Assembly: GCA_038496445.1 (NCBI GenBank) | Contig: JALMLS010000100.1 | Span: forward strand, 1 to 64,000 | DNA length: 64,000 nucleotides | Source: Trichosphaerium sp. ATCC 40318 | Taxonomy: Eukaryota; Protista; Tubulinea | Direction of reading: 5' to 3' | In this document: positions 10,735 through 23,902 of the stretch, in pieces | Numbering within the stretch: the first letter of the stretch is position 1 | How the letters are laid out: each line of letters starts with the position of its first letter | Made by a program: the position numbers and the translations under genes | Notes under the pieces: generated by a model | The model's input: only the letters and a program-made list of their open reading frames with translations | Database searches by the model: none | What the model was told of the DNA's origin: nothing

Positions 10735-11533
10735 CGCTAGTACTCCTTTACTGGTATCAACATGGGTTATCGTAACGCCACGATACTTCTTACTCGATAG
10801 AGCTTTCTATTTACAGTGTTAGGTTGTTTTTACCTAATGATCACTTGAACAATTAAAACAACTCGTACCTTTATATCTTCCATTGATGGAAAAGTTCCAG
10901 CAGGTCCTTGGACTATATCTGCATTTACATTGTATGATTTGAACCTAACGATATACTTTGTTGGCACAAAACAACAAACGTGATTATACGTTCACGCACG
11001 TGTTCAAAAATCGGTCACCGAACTATTTTGTAACTGTCAGTACAACAAAAAAACCGCTTTAAAAAAGGTCACGTACGTATCCTGAGCTAATGATAAGAGC
11101 GTCGCTGTCCTTTTTGGAAAGAAAAAGTTACAAACACTTTTTGGTAAAATAGCTAAATACATACTTGTTCAAACAAGTTAACTACAGTTGCATCCCATCC
11201 TAAGGTGCCTATTCGTTTATTAGCCGATGTTTACTGAGTTTTTAATGTACCTGAGGCTGAAATTACAAACGGTTGCCCTTTTTTACAGCAAAATACCTTT
11301 CTATACATCATAAGCTACAGTCAGCGTAAACTACCAGTACCTTAGGTTTATTAACACTTCAGAGAAGATTTTAATGAATACAGGCGATACGTGGCTCTCT
11401 GGGCGCCTTCCTAGGCGACTTGTCATTTGTTTTTTAGTGAAAATGACATAAACGTACCTAGCGCTTCGAGAACTTGTGGATCGACCTCGATTGGTCCTGG
11501 TATCATTAAAATAGGGCTTGAAGATGCGCTCAT
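10735..11533 (-). pseudogene. AGX1: Alanine-glyoxylate/serine-pyruvate aminotransferase (class V), 5' half only
   Basis: Spliced exons encode LMIPGP, SHVSPVF, QPFVISASGTLGWD, LIISSGYFGDRF and VTITHVDTSKGVL. The sequence stops at element E. Confidence 0.85.
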
Positions 11534-11784
11534 GATTGTTTAGAATGGATGAAAAGTCAAAAGATAGTTCAAAAGAATAAAACACTTCGAAATCACAAAC
11601 ATTTTAATGACTTATTCTCTGTCAAGTTAAGGCATATTTCTCGTACGCAATAAGTCGGAAACTGTCAAAAGACTATATTTTAGAGTAGCTCAGAAGGTTA
11701 CTAACAATTTTTTTGCTGTGGTCAGCGCGTCATGCAACGAAAAAGTTGTTTTAAAAATTTAGGTAAATAAAGTTTATTAAGTGT

Positions 11785-13042
11785 TTAGTATGAGTCATCG
11801 TCATCAGTTTCGTAAGATTCACTGTCACTATCATCATCATCTTGATCACCTGTTGATAACATCATACCGCGTCCAGGTAAATTCTCCATGCCAGCATATA
11901 AGTTCCTCATGTCTCCAATGATAGCTATTGTCTTTCCAAAATAAATTGTTTGTAATTGTTGCCGTAATTTTTCTTCCATATCCTCAATAAGACGGCCATA
12001 AACTCCAATATCAACTTTAGATACAGGACATGTTTTTGCGCTCTTGTCAAGTGAGTAACAAGGCTACTTCAAAATTCTGCTCACCTGTCTAGTTAGTCCT
12101 CCTGCGAGAGATATGTCACCACTTATTTCTGTTTTGGTAGCCAACTCTACCTAAATCATTTGTTGTTAGTACATGTACTGATCGTCTACAACTAAAAGTA
12201 CCATAACAGTTGTTGTTAGTTTCATTGTGACGTTGTCACCTTCATGAATGGCTTCAACAACATGCATTGATTGCCAACGTCCTCTCATAGGCCTCTCTAG
12301 ATACTAATTAATCACGTGGGGTAAACAAACAAGTGATAATTTACCTCTTTTTGTTACATTCTGTTGTTTTACGAATGTAACACAGAAAGCGTAATCGTTT
12401 CCTTCTGTGAGCCAGCAATACGCGGAAGACACACCTCCTTCGTAGTATAACTTTAAATAACTCAGCGCGTATGTCATTCATGCGTACAAAATACAAAAGC
12501 GCGAAGACGTACCTCTCTGTAGATGTCAAACGCCTCGTTTAATTCTTGTTCCAACTTTCGCATTTTATCACATGGTTTGAATCCATCAGCTAGGCAAAAA
12601 AGCAAAGCGTTAGTACTTTTTCCACGTGACACTAGTTCACCTCACGTACAAAGGGGAGGAAAATAACTATTTGACCACGGTGAGCGATATGAGTCCTAGT
12701 GTAGAGTATTTAGACAACTACCACGTGTTTGGATGTACCCCATCTCTGTTATAGTCGCACAGAATATAATCTCTAAATTTAAAGTCAGAGGTCCGCGACT
12801 TTGTTGAAGACCTCATACCGTTGAGCGCTGCTATCAAAAGCGATCAGTAGGGGTATTTCCACTTGCTCTAATAACTCTTCGCATAAATCAGGACACAAGT
12901 CTAACACACCTTCTAGGTGGCGCTACGGCATTATTAGGTAGGACAGGTTGTACGTGGGTTGTACCTTGATGTGTTGAGGAGGCATACGCCTGAGAAGGTT
13001 TAACGCTGCAGTTAGGTTGGCATCGAACTCGGCGTCTTGCAT
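11785..13042 (-). CDS. CAPZB: F-actin capping protein beta subunit-like (multi-exon, acidic tail)
   Basis: LLRRMPPQ, LCDYNRDGDSYRSPWSN, YYEGGVSSAY, GRLIEDMEEKLRQQLQTIYFGKT. Confidence 0.88.
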
Positions 13043-13400
13043 GTTGCAGTACTGTTTCACTGGCTAGCTGGCCGACTACTAAATCACATGGTCCATAGAA
13101 GTCGTTGCAGTAAGCACGTGCAGGTACCGACAGTACATCAACTCTGCCCAAGGAAACGTCAGTCTACCACAGCTTCTGTTTGGAGGAGGTGTAGTTCCAG
13201 CTATTTGGTTTACAACAGCTTTGTTGTACCATTTGTCCAATTAGCCATATGTATGCGCATGCTCGTACGCTAAATACACTAAACGTATGTTAGCGTAATG
13301 CGTAGACCAAAAAGGTACAAACTGGGTTGCGATTGGATGATGTCATAGTTGATACGCTTTGACCATACGTTTACGTATTTGGTACGCGTACATCTGCACA

Positions 13401-15845
13401 ATGGACGAAGAAACGAAGTCTAAAAAGTCCAGTAAAAAGGATAAGGCTGAAAAGCACGAAAAGCGTAAATCGCGATCTGTGCTCTCGCTCTTGCGCTCCC
13501 ACTCTAAAAAGGACCTTAAATCGGAGTCAGCAAAGAGTCCAAGATCCAGAGCTACTGGAGATGATGATGAAGTGCAAGAAAAGCAACGAAGGGATAGTAG
13601 TTCGTCTAGAGAGTCCAGCGAGGAACGTTCAGGCCGTAAAAAGTCCAAAAAAACTAAATCCCCTCGAACACGCTCTTCAGACATCAATTTAGACTTAAAC
13701 TTGAAGGAATCGAGCAAGAAAACCAAAAGATCGCACTCAAGATCGCACTCAACAAATGACGAAGGTTTACAATCTCCGAAAGAACCTACGGCACAAGACA
13801 TACCTCTGGTAATAGACGACGTACCAGAAGAACCACCTAAAACGCGTGTACCGAAAAAGAAAGAACGGAAAGCACCAGCGGCGCCTGCAACTGCGGCTAT
13901 GAAAGCGCGTTCTACAGCGCGAACAGTTGTTAAAGTACTCGATAAGGTTGAAGGCGTTGGTCATTTACTCGTGGCATTGTTTTTCGCATATCTAATGGGT
14001 AACTGGGGCTTTCATTGGGTTTTCTTATTACTTCTATTCGTATACATGTTCGTAAAATAACCTTTTTTGTATTTTGTACTAACTCAGCAAAAAGGCATAA
14101 TATGGAATTACGTGTACGCAGAAAGTTCTTTAGAGCAGAAAAACGTAAAATACAGAAAAAACAGCAAGCACTTGAAGGCGTACGAAAACTTCCTATTCTA
14201 CAAACATCCATTTACACGTAATATAGCAGCGCCTTGATGCTGAGACAGTCGAATGGCTGAATTTCTTTGTTGCAAAAGCGTGGCCAGGTAACAGCCTACT
14301 TTTTTTTTTCACCTTTTCTCTTTATTTACGCGGCGTAGCGTTTTCTACCTTCTTGGCAAGAACTTTGAAGGAACAGCTCACTTCAACTTTTGAACGTGTA
14401 CTAAAGGAACATCAACCGCCAGCAGTGGTACGTGTAGAAATAATAATCAGTCTACAAAAAAAAAAAAGAAACGGCTAATGTATTTATTGCAGGAATCCTT
14501 TATTGTTTCTCGTGTTGAATTTGGTCCTACTCCACCTCAACTAAAGCGTGTCATGCACCGCGACTGCTCCCGTTGGGATCCTGACCTATTCGTACGTAGC
14601 CCAAATGCAACGAGAATGTACTTACTGTATTTTCTAGCGAATGGATTTCGATGTTTTCTACGATTCTGAATTTTTGATGGAATTCAAGATTAAAGCGCTC
14701 AAAATGAACTTACCCCTAGTAATTTCTAACATTGAGTTGCAAGGAAGAGTACGAGAAAAAATGTAAAGCGTATTTTGTTAATTCATTTTTAGATGCGCCT
14801 CGATATGTGGTTTGTTGATGAGGCTTACTTGATACGTTATGTAAAGGCTGCGTTTAAAACAATGCCAATGATTGGTATGTCAATCAAGCCACTCAAAGCT
14901 ATTGATATTATGGACTTCCCATTCATCCAGGTAAAGAATTCAGAACTATTCAGTTTTCTCGACTTCTTTTTGTGTGTACCCTCGTATATTAATTTATGTT
15001 TACCAGGAATGGCTCACTGATACTATTGAAATGGCTTTACGTGGTATTATGGTTCTTCCACGCTATTTCGAACTCGACATTGATGGTATGTTGAGCAAGG
15101 CGAAGAGAGCAGCACAGCTCATAAAACAAGTACCTAATGAGGGGTAAGCAGTTTTTATTTCTGTGTTTGAACCGACATGTTTCCTAATACGTATGTTTCA
15201 TTAGTCTCGCAAAAATGAAGGCTGAGGAAGAAGCAGAAAAACAAAGGTTCGTTTAAACGCAAAAAAAAAAAAACCCAAAAGGTGTCTTTGTTTTTATCTT
15301 TCTCACTTTGTTTCTAGGAAGAAAGCAAAGAGCAGATTCCAAATAGGTGAAACAGTAGAACCTGAACTTGTTCTTGGTATTGTCAAGATACGCATGAAGG
15401 AGGCTAAAGATCTCATTCCTACTGATAAGAGTTCGTCATTTGCTACAACTTTTTTTTTCATTGGTTTTTGAACATATTGATTAATTTCGTTAAAATAGAT
15501 GGTTTGAGTGATCCATATTTCTCTCTTACAAGAACGATTAAAGGAGGAAAAACTCAACAATGGAAATCTCAACAATACCCAAATACATTGCACGTTATCT
15601 TTGATGAAACAAGGGAAGTTCCTGCTGAGTTTATGATCATGAAAGATAATCCTTCATGCATTATTAAACTCGTAGGTAAAGATTACGATGGAAGATTTGG
15701 TACTTCAGATTCTCTTGGTAAGGCTACAATAGATCTTACAAAGGATATTGAGAGTGGTAAAGAGTTTGTTGATACCCGTGTCGTACCACTTGAAGGTGTT
15801 GCACATGGTGCTGTAGAGATGACAATCTCCTTCATTCGTTTCTAA
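13401..15845 (+). CDS. Extended-synaptotagmin/tricalbin-like SMP + C2 domain membrane protein
   Basis: Basic low-complexity N-terminus, hydrophobic hairpin, ETVEWLNF (SMP start), C2 domain (DGLSDPY...DYDGRFGTSDSLG). Confidence 0.85.
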
Positions 15846-16417
15846 GCGATAACTCTATAATCTTTGCCCTTCAACGGGCTTTTTTTTTGTACCACAAACG
15901 TAATAAAGGTATCAAATTTGTAAACCGCACATAAATGCTTAGTGGGAATAGTACAGAAGGTGTTGAGGTATTCAGGTTTTTACAATTCATAACAAGGTTT
16001 CCCCGTGAAATGATTAATCGTTTAATATTGTTGTTAAATCACAGGCTATTTTGGAGCTCCAAGTTTCCACGTGAATTATATACAATACTAGTGAAGCAAC
16101 TATAGCTAAAGAAGGCAAAGATAATAGCATGAAGAAAAACTTTTTGAGCTTGGAGGAACACTTATTGTTTGGTTCGCAGATAGTACCACAGTTGTTGGTG
16201 TTCCTGTAAAGAGGTACGTACCTGGCCAGGATTCTCTTTACTTGTTAAATAATAAACGTTGTAACTCTTGTTTGAGGTTTAAAGTATGTTTATTAAGTTT
16301 ATTCAAGTTACAAGCTTTATGTTCACCCGGGCCGCAAAGGCCGCAAGTTCACCTGGGCTGCAAGGGCCGCAGGGCGGAGGGTCTTGATGACGTGATCATC
16401 ATCAAGGACAGTAAGGT

Positions 16418-17830
16418 TCACTGAAGTGACCTCCTTACATTCCAGTTGTTGGAACCGCTGGCAAAGTTGGGTGAGATTGATGTTAAATAAATAAACTTAA
16501 CCTGTTCACATTTAGGGCGCTCAGGACTGTCATAGCGTTGTTCAACAGCATGTAGACCTTCTAATGATAGAATGGCTTCATCTGTTATTTGACCACAATT
16601 GTTTAGACCAATTGTATGAACGCCCGATAACATTTTGACACCTTTATCTGTTACTGAAGTGCTGTCGAGGTTACTGCCAGTGCTTTGATACCTTCGTCGT
16701 CACTGAAGTATGTCCAAGATCAATGGTATGAACGCCTGCAAGTGCTTTGATACTTTCATCTGTTACTGAAGTACGTCCAAGGTGAATAGTATGAACCCCT
16801 GCAAGTGCTTTGACGTTTTTGTCAGTAACTGAAGTACCATCCAGATATGGTATGAACACCTTTCAATGCTTCAACACCTTTATCTGTAACTACCATTTCA
16901 GTAAGTCGAATGGTATGAACTCCTGCAAGTTCCTTAATACCTTCATCTGTAGCTGAAGTACGATAAAGGTTAATAGCATGAACACCTCGTAGTGACTGCA
17001 TTCCTTCATTAGTTATATTGGTGCGCCACGTAAGGTCAATTGTATGAACACCTGCAAGTCCATCATCTGTAACATTGCAATGTGCAATATCAATTGTATG
17101 TACGCCTTTAATTCTTTGATACCTTCGTCTGTCAGTGAAGTACAACGATACAAACAAATAGAATGTACTCCAGCAAGTGCTTTCAGATCGTGATCTTTAA
17201 TAACACCAGTTTTCCCATGTTCAGTTGAACTTCTTTTGAATGAAGTATCAATGTATCGACATCCAGATAGCAATGAAAACACAGTATTGGTTTCAACATT
17301 CATTGTAATAATAGTGTTGTTCATCACGCCTTTATATTGTCTGATCTGTAAAATATCTGCATATAAACTCTTTCGTATCCAACAACATCATGGATGATAT
17401 CAGCCATCAGATGGCATGATTGAGCAACAGCAAATCTTGTTTTCGCTTCTGTATGACTTAAAATCGTGGATACTACTTCTGGTGGGAAGTTGATGATGTT
17501 CGCTACTTTGTATGTACTCGTTTGTCTCCTTGTTTAACATTTAATTGTAAGAAATAGAAGCTGAAGACGTACTGTATTGTTTGTTGTGTTTCGGTTACTC
17601 ACCGTCCTTAGAGTGTACTACGAGCTGTTTGGTTGTCACTGGTTGTACGTGTGCTTTTAAAGAGATGTTGGTGTTTTTGTCGTAGCAGGGTTGTATTTGC
17701 TGCGTTTAAGATGCTTTCAAGTTGGTTTATGAACACTTCACGTTCTTTTGCAACGATTGAGCTGAACTCTTCCCTGTGGTTATTGCAATAGTACGTGATG
17801 ACTTGTTCTACTGAAACGCCAGGTGCACTC
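16418..17830 (-). pseudogene. Leucine-rich-repeat protein with (L)xGVHTIxL repeats, frameshifted
   Basis: About a dozen 21-23 aa repeats (VTDxxVKALAGVHTIxL) spread over four ORFs in different frames with no evident introns between them. Confidence 0.75.
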
Positions 17831-18145
17831 ATTGTTTGATACGACTGGCTAAGAAATACAAATTTAGAAGTCAAGCTCAAGTCAACATAAGTACAGCTGT
17901 ACAGTTACAACTAGGCAGTTTCTTGCAACAAAGTAAACACAAGGGATAGTACTAAGTTTTTATGAATTTACAAAGGTGATTAATTAGCCCACACTATTGC
18001 TTAATTCCTTTTTTCTTTCAAAAAAGCAATAATGTTTCAGGGCTCTAGACTTTCTACTTTAACACAAAAACAATGTGTACACATTGTTCGGTTTTACACT
18101 ATACATTTGTGTTAATTTATGTGGTTTTTCAACTAGTATACTAGT

Positions 18146-21100
18146 CTAGTAGTTGTAAGTAGTAGGAGGTGCAGGTGGATCTTCACTAGGCTTTGTAGGT
18201 GAAAGCTTTGCTGATCCTGATTGCTCATCCATTATCTAGAATAGAAACTTAGTAAACAACACAAAAAAGTAAAATAAAAAGAAAGCTGTGACGCACTAGT
18301 TTATTATTTAGTAGCGACAATGAACGTCTGTGATCATTATTACTAGTTCGATTCTTTGTCTAAAAACAACAAGGTTTAACACAAGCTAGGTACGAATAGA
18401 CAATACCTCACGAACAATAGATTTATCCGCAATTACACGCCTTGACCCCGAATCGCGAGATCTAGAACGCCTTTGTTTGTGGCTTTTTTCTTTGCAAGAG
18501 ATTAGCGTTGCAAAAAGCTATCAAGAAAAACTTACTTCTACTACTTCGGCCACGAGACTCTCTTTCCGGGTATTGTGCAATAGGTGCTGGTATAGGTGCA
18601 TTGTTCATATTGTTATTAGGTAGTGAACGCAACCCGTGATCTGATGTAGACTTTGATCGCTTAAATCCAGACTTTAACAATGTCAAATGGAGCTCAAAAA
18701 ACTCGCAGAACAAACGGTTGTTTTGTTTGAGTTTTGTTTAAAAAAACAGTACATACCTCCTTTTGTGCTTTGAAATGTGCTTGCACAGTATCTTTATAGA
18801 ATATCAAAGAACTGCGCTTATTCTTCCTTGGTACAAAATCATCTGATGTTGACGAAATGTTACGTTTGTGTTTATCCTTTGCCCTTCTTCTTTTTTTCTT
18901 ACTGCTTGCACTTTCCTTCTTTTCAAAGGTAGGTTTACTACTAGTGTCTACAAAAAACAAACATGAGATTGTACAAGTGATACAAACGAAAAAAGACTCA
19001 CGAAAAGTTCTTGGGTCATCTGAAAGGTTATATCTGAGGGTTTCAGTCAGTCTTGATGTAGACTTTGATAGTGGTAAAGACAGGGACGACTTTCTAGGTG
19101 GTGTTTCAGCTGAAATACTCTCTCGCCGAGCTGCAGACTGTTGCTTCTGCTCAGCTATGATTTCGTCAACTACTGAATCAGCTAAAGAGGGAGGCAATAG
19201 TTAGTTTAAAACACATTGTCAGTTTTGTAGCAACGTACTTATATTAAGCTGCTCCTCAAGACTTTTAGCATAGTTCGCTAATCTTTTTATTGTTCGGAGC
19301 ATAGTTTTTTTATCGGAAGCATTCTGTTTGTTTTCGACTTCCAGCTTAAACATTTCTTGAAATGCTTTAACAGGTATACTTATTGTCTCAATTATTTCCA
19401 CTGGCGAAAGAAGAGGAGAATCTGAACCCCTACAAAAAGATCATTAGTGACTAAATCGGATACTGGTAAAAAGAGAAAAAAACAACTTCATTCACGTACT
19501 TGAGTGAATCGCCTTTTTGTCGTGGAGAGGAAGTGTTACGATCACCAGGCTTTTTTTCATGATCTCTACTAAAGTGATTCTTTACACGCTTGAGAGGCAG
19601 CCGCAAGCCAGTTTTTGATTTTGGCGCAATAACAGAAGGCAAATCAAAATCGCCTCTTAACATCAAATAAGTGAAACTTGTCCATGTAGTTGGTACGTAC
19701 GCTGCAAGTTTCGCATTTATAAAGTTAAAGTGAGGCTTCGTGTCAGTCAATATATTAGACAGCTTTAAAAGCGTTTTAAAATCTTCATCAGTCATTATTG
19801 GTGCCGGCTCGTTCTTTAATTGCAAGATTCGTTCATAACTAGAAATAAATATTTTGCAAATGTTGTGCCGAGCAGTTTCTTTCTTCTGATCTATAAGGGA
19901 ATGAAGCTCAGAAAACCGATTTGCAATATGTATATCAGATAGTGGTTGCATCTACATAAATAAATAAGAAGACAGAACAAAAACTACAAATAAAAGAAAC
20001 ACGCAATGTGTCACTTTCAAAAAAAAAAATGTCAACTTATCAGTGAAAACAAAAGAAACAATTCCAATTCGCGTTGGGCCATCTCGGTTCGTACAAGTGT
20101 TTGCATGACCTCATTTATAATTCTTTGATTATCGGTAATAAAATTATTAAGATTGAGCATATAAGACTCAGTAAAGGCTGTATTGTTTGCAAGATTTTGT
20201 ATCATCTTTCCAAGCAAAACTAAAACTCTCCTTGTTTCCTTAGTGATAGATTTTTCTATATAGCTCCATTAGACCAGCCACACTTATACCTTCATAGTAC
20301 TATGAGTAAATGGCGTACCTCTGACTAAGTTGTAACGTTCTGGAGTCGTTAAGGCAGGACATATAAAACGCAGAAAGAAAAAAGCGCATACGGCCTGTCT
20401 ACCTTGTTGTGGAAACATAACATTAGATAGTGCGTAAATCTCATGAAACAAGAGATAAAATGGCCTAGTACGCGTCAGAAAATTATTATAAAAAAGCCAC
20501 AGCTGAACAAACAATCGCAAGTGCCCTGTGTTTCCACCGCGCATGTTTGTTAACATACCTTGGTAATATTGACAAGACGTTCTGCAACAGTTCTAAAAAC
20601 ATGTTTGCAAGAGTTTCGAGGTATGCTTGCAAGGCTAGAATGTCATCTTGGTCTTCTTGGGAGTTGAGCCGATCAACGTTATATTTTTTGCTGGTATTAC
20701 TGACTTTTTTAATGATTGGAGATAGTAATGCGTGTAAGAATGGTCCGCCGTATAGTTGCAGAAAATCGGATAGCATTCTTGTTGGTATAGAACGTCCTCT
20801 AAACAGCTGATCTTGTGAACCTAGCGACGGTATGAGAGTTTGGTGACTATCATAGTTTTATTACTTGTTTTTGCAATTTCTTTCGTGATCAAGCTAGAAT
20901 TGATGAGGAACAGTTTTTGCACGCTGTTCGTACCGTATTAAAAGGTCGTGAAGGTGATAGAAGCCATCTGCCCGAGAGGCAAACAAAATTAGAATTGAGC
21001 GTGCTAGCGTATCAATTGACGCAGATTTTAAGCAAAGACCGCATATAACAACGCATGAGGGTACGTTGTCTACAAAAAACTGCTCTTTGTTATTATCTGT

Positions 21101-21149
21101 AAAACGGATTTATACTTACTTCAAGCAATGGGCGTATTGTTTGTTCCAT
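18146..21149 (-). CDS. RasGAP domain protein (multi-exon)
   Basis: LFRGRS, FFFLRFICPALTTPE, LLGKMIQNLAN. Confidence 0.85.
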
Positions 21150-21459
21150 CGTGAACCGGACTGCACCTATTCACCTGATTCCACTTTGAAGCCAAAGTCC
21201 GTTACAAAATCATACGTGCGATAAGTGGTCTTGTAAGTTAATTAACTGCCATTTAATTAAATTCTGTTCCGGAAAGATTTTCCGAAATACTTCGCTTAAC
21301 CTCCCAAAAAATAAACTGCCCTAATCACTTAGAGTATGGTTTTAGTAACAATCGTTCTGAAACTTAAACGGATTGCAAAATAACGCCAAACCGCGCCAAA
21401 ACGCCTTGCTTCACCGTCGAATCCTTCCCAAGCTCTGTTTTTATTAAATCAAAAGCATC

Positions 21460-23889
21460 ATGGAGCCTACACGTCGAAGTAATAAATTGTGTTAAACTTG
21501 ACGCGTACCTATAACGCGCCTAGGTACCAGACAGCGTAAACCGCCAATGCGGTTCGAAGAAGAACAGCAATTTACACCAGTACAAAAAAAACCAGCGAAA
21601 AGGTCGAAAAAGCGCTATAAACAACCACCAAAGCATAAAAACGCCAAACGCGCAACTGTAAGAAAAGCGCCAAAAAAGAACCCGGTAAAGCCGCGTAAGC
21701 AGCGTCAGTCACATTACAACGCACCTGCAAACCCTCTCAGCGATGAACTATGCGATTTACTATCGGCTATGACAATAAACGACATGACGGGCACACCACA
21801 AGTAAGCAGCTGCCTCAACTGTAATAATAGTTAACAAAAATTACCTTAGTTCGAGTTGGCACTTCATCTTGAAGCTTCAGTTGGTATTGTACGCAAGGGC
21901 CATTGGTGCGTCGTGAAAGGTCATGATACGCATGGATTCATAATAGATGTTATTGTAACGACGCCATTTCAAAGGTAACAGACACGTTCAAAACCGTTCA
22001 TCCATTCAACCAACGCCAAATTAGATACATCTTTAATGACCTTCGTATTTTATGGTGTGATTTCCCCAAGGCACTTACAACAGTAAATATCTACTATCTC
22101 TTCTCACAGTATGAAAGGAAGTACTGGGATGGCCTATAGATAAGAGAGTGGCGTTATCGCAACAACGTGTTCCTGTCAGTAGTGAATTTCGAGGTAAATT
22201 ATATAAAATATTGCAGCTTTTTTCACTGATGCTTTATCATTAGTTGTTATTCACAGCCTTGAACGAGAAGGTATTAGAGTAGTACCATCCAAGCACGTAA
22301 TATGAAATACGTGTAAATCTTATAAATCGTAGATATGCTTCACCTGTAATACCGATACAAAGTGATACATTGCTGGAATCAAAATGTAAGCTCAAAACAA
22401 ACTTTTACAGATTATTTACTTTTGTTTCCTCTTCAGCATGTTGCCCGTATAAGTACTTAATTGTGATTGACTTTGAAGCCACATGTGATTATGGACCTGC
22501 ACCAAAGGTAATTTTTTTCAATAACGTGATACCAACACGTGACATAACACTTTTTAGGTTTCTTTAGACACAGCAGAGATAATAGAATTTCCTTGGGTAT
22601 TTTTTTGTTTCCATTGACTATAGAAATGTTGTCTCATCGCTCTTAAGGTTGTAATCGATACTGAAACGTTAGATATTATACACGAACAACAGATTATGGT
22701 TAAACCGGACTATATGGATGGTGTAACTTACTACTGTCAAAAACTAACAGGTGCAACCCTTTTACATTGTTGAAGGAAGCTTACACTTTACTAGCAATAA
22801 CACCTAGTCAGCTAGAACATCAGGGAAATCTATCATCAGCTATAGAAAAGGTTTGATCATTAATTATTCCTCTTGGGTCTCATTTATATGCTAGTTTTAT
22901 GAGTATACAAGTGGGTTACCTGAAGGTTCATTCAAGGTAGGAAGATAACCTTGACAAAAAATATGAAGAATTGAGCTCAACCCTTGCATTAGGTCGTTAC
23001 TGATGGTATATGGGATTTACAGATTCAATTACGTACTGAGTGCGAACGCAAAGGAATGTCATGTAGTACGTCTTGTGGGCAAATTGTGATAATAAAATAA
23101 ACTACTACTAACGTTGCTACCTAGAAATAGATAAGCTTTCAGAGTACTTCAACCTCAAAGAAGGTATGTAACATTTTTGTTTTCTTTTTTTTGCTACTTT
23201 TTCTCTTCATATATTTATTCCTCGTGTAGAGTTTTTAAAGTACTATCCTTGGTTCGCTATAGACTATGTTATCCCACTCAAAACAATGCTAAAAGGTAAA
23301 AACAAGAAATTATATGAAGTGTCACGCTCACGTGAATTAGCTTTACATTTGGAAATTGTTGGTCAACATCACTCTGGCATAGATGATTGTAGGACAATTG
23401 CACAGATCGTAAAAAAATTACTCTCTCGTGGTCATGCCTTTGATAACCCTAAAGTTATACCAGAAAACTATGATAGAGAAACAGATATGCACTTTAGAGA
23501 TTTTGGCTCAAAGTAAACTTACAACATCAAAAACAAAACTCACTCGTCCTCTAGGTGCGAGCCACAAGCTTGGAAATGCGAAATTGAAACCTGTGGCGTA
23601 TGGAATAGGTACAACACTAATTTTTACAAAGTATTGATGACTTAAAAATCGCACGTGAAAGTCACGTGCAATTTTTTTAAAATTTTGTTGGAAATACCTG
23701 ACTCTCGTCACTAGACCGTGGATGCACGTATGCAGGTTTTGTACATATGCAATGCCAAGAGACCCAAGTTTAGTTAAACGGGCAATTGATTTTGAAGCTC
23801 AACCCAATGTCACTTTACACAATTTCTTTCCATCCTTGAGTAACGGCACCAAAAAAGAGATTCCAAACAAAAAACAAGATGTAGAATAG
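21460..23889 (+). CDS. ERI1/ERI3-type DEDDh 3'-5' exoribonuclease with a C-terminal RanBP2-type zinc ribbon
   Basis: IVIDFEATC, EIIEFP, VTDGIWDL, HHSGIDDCRTIA; WKC...CGVWN...CRFC. Confidence 0.85.
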
Positions 23890-23902
23890 ATTTTTAATTA
23901 TG

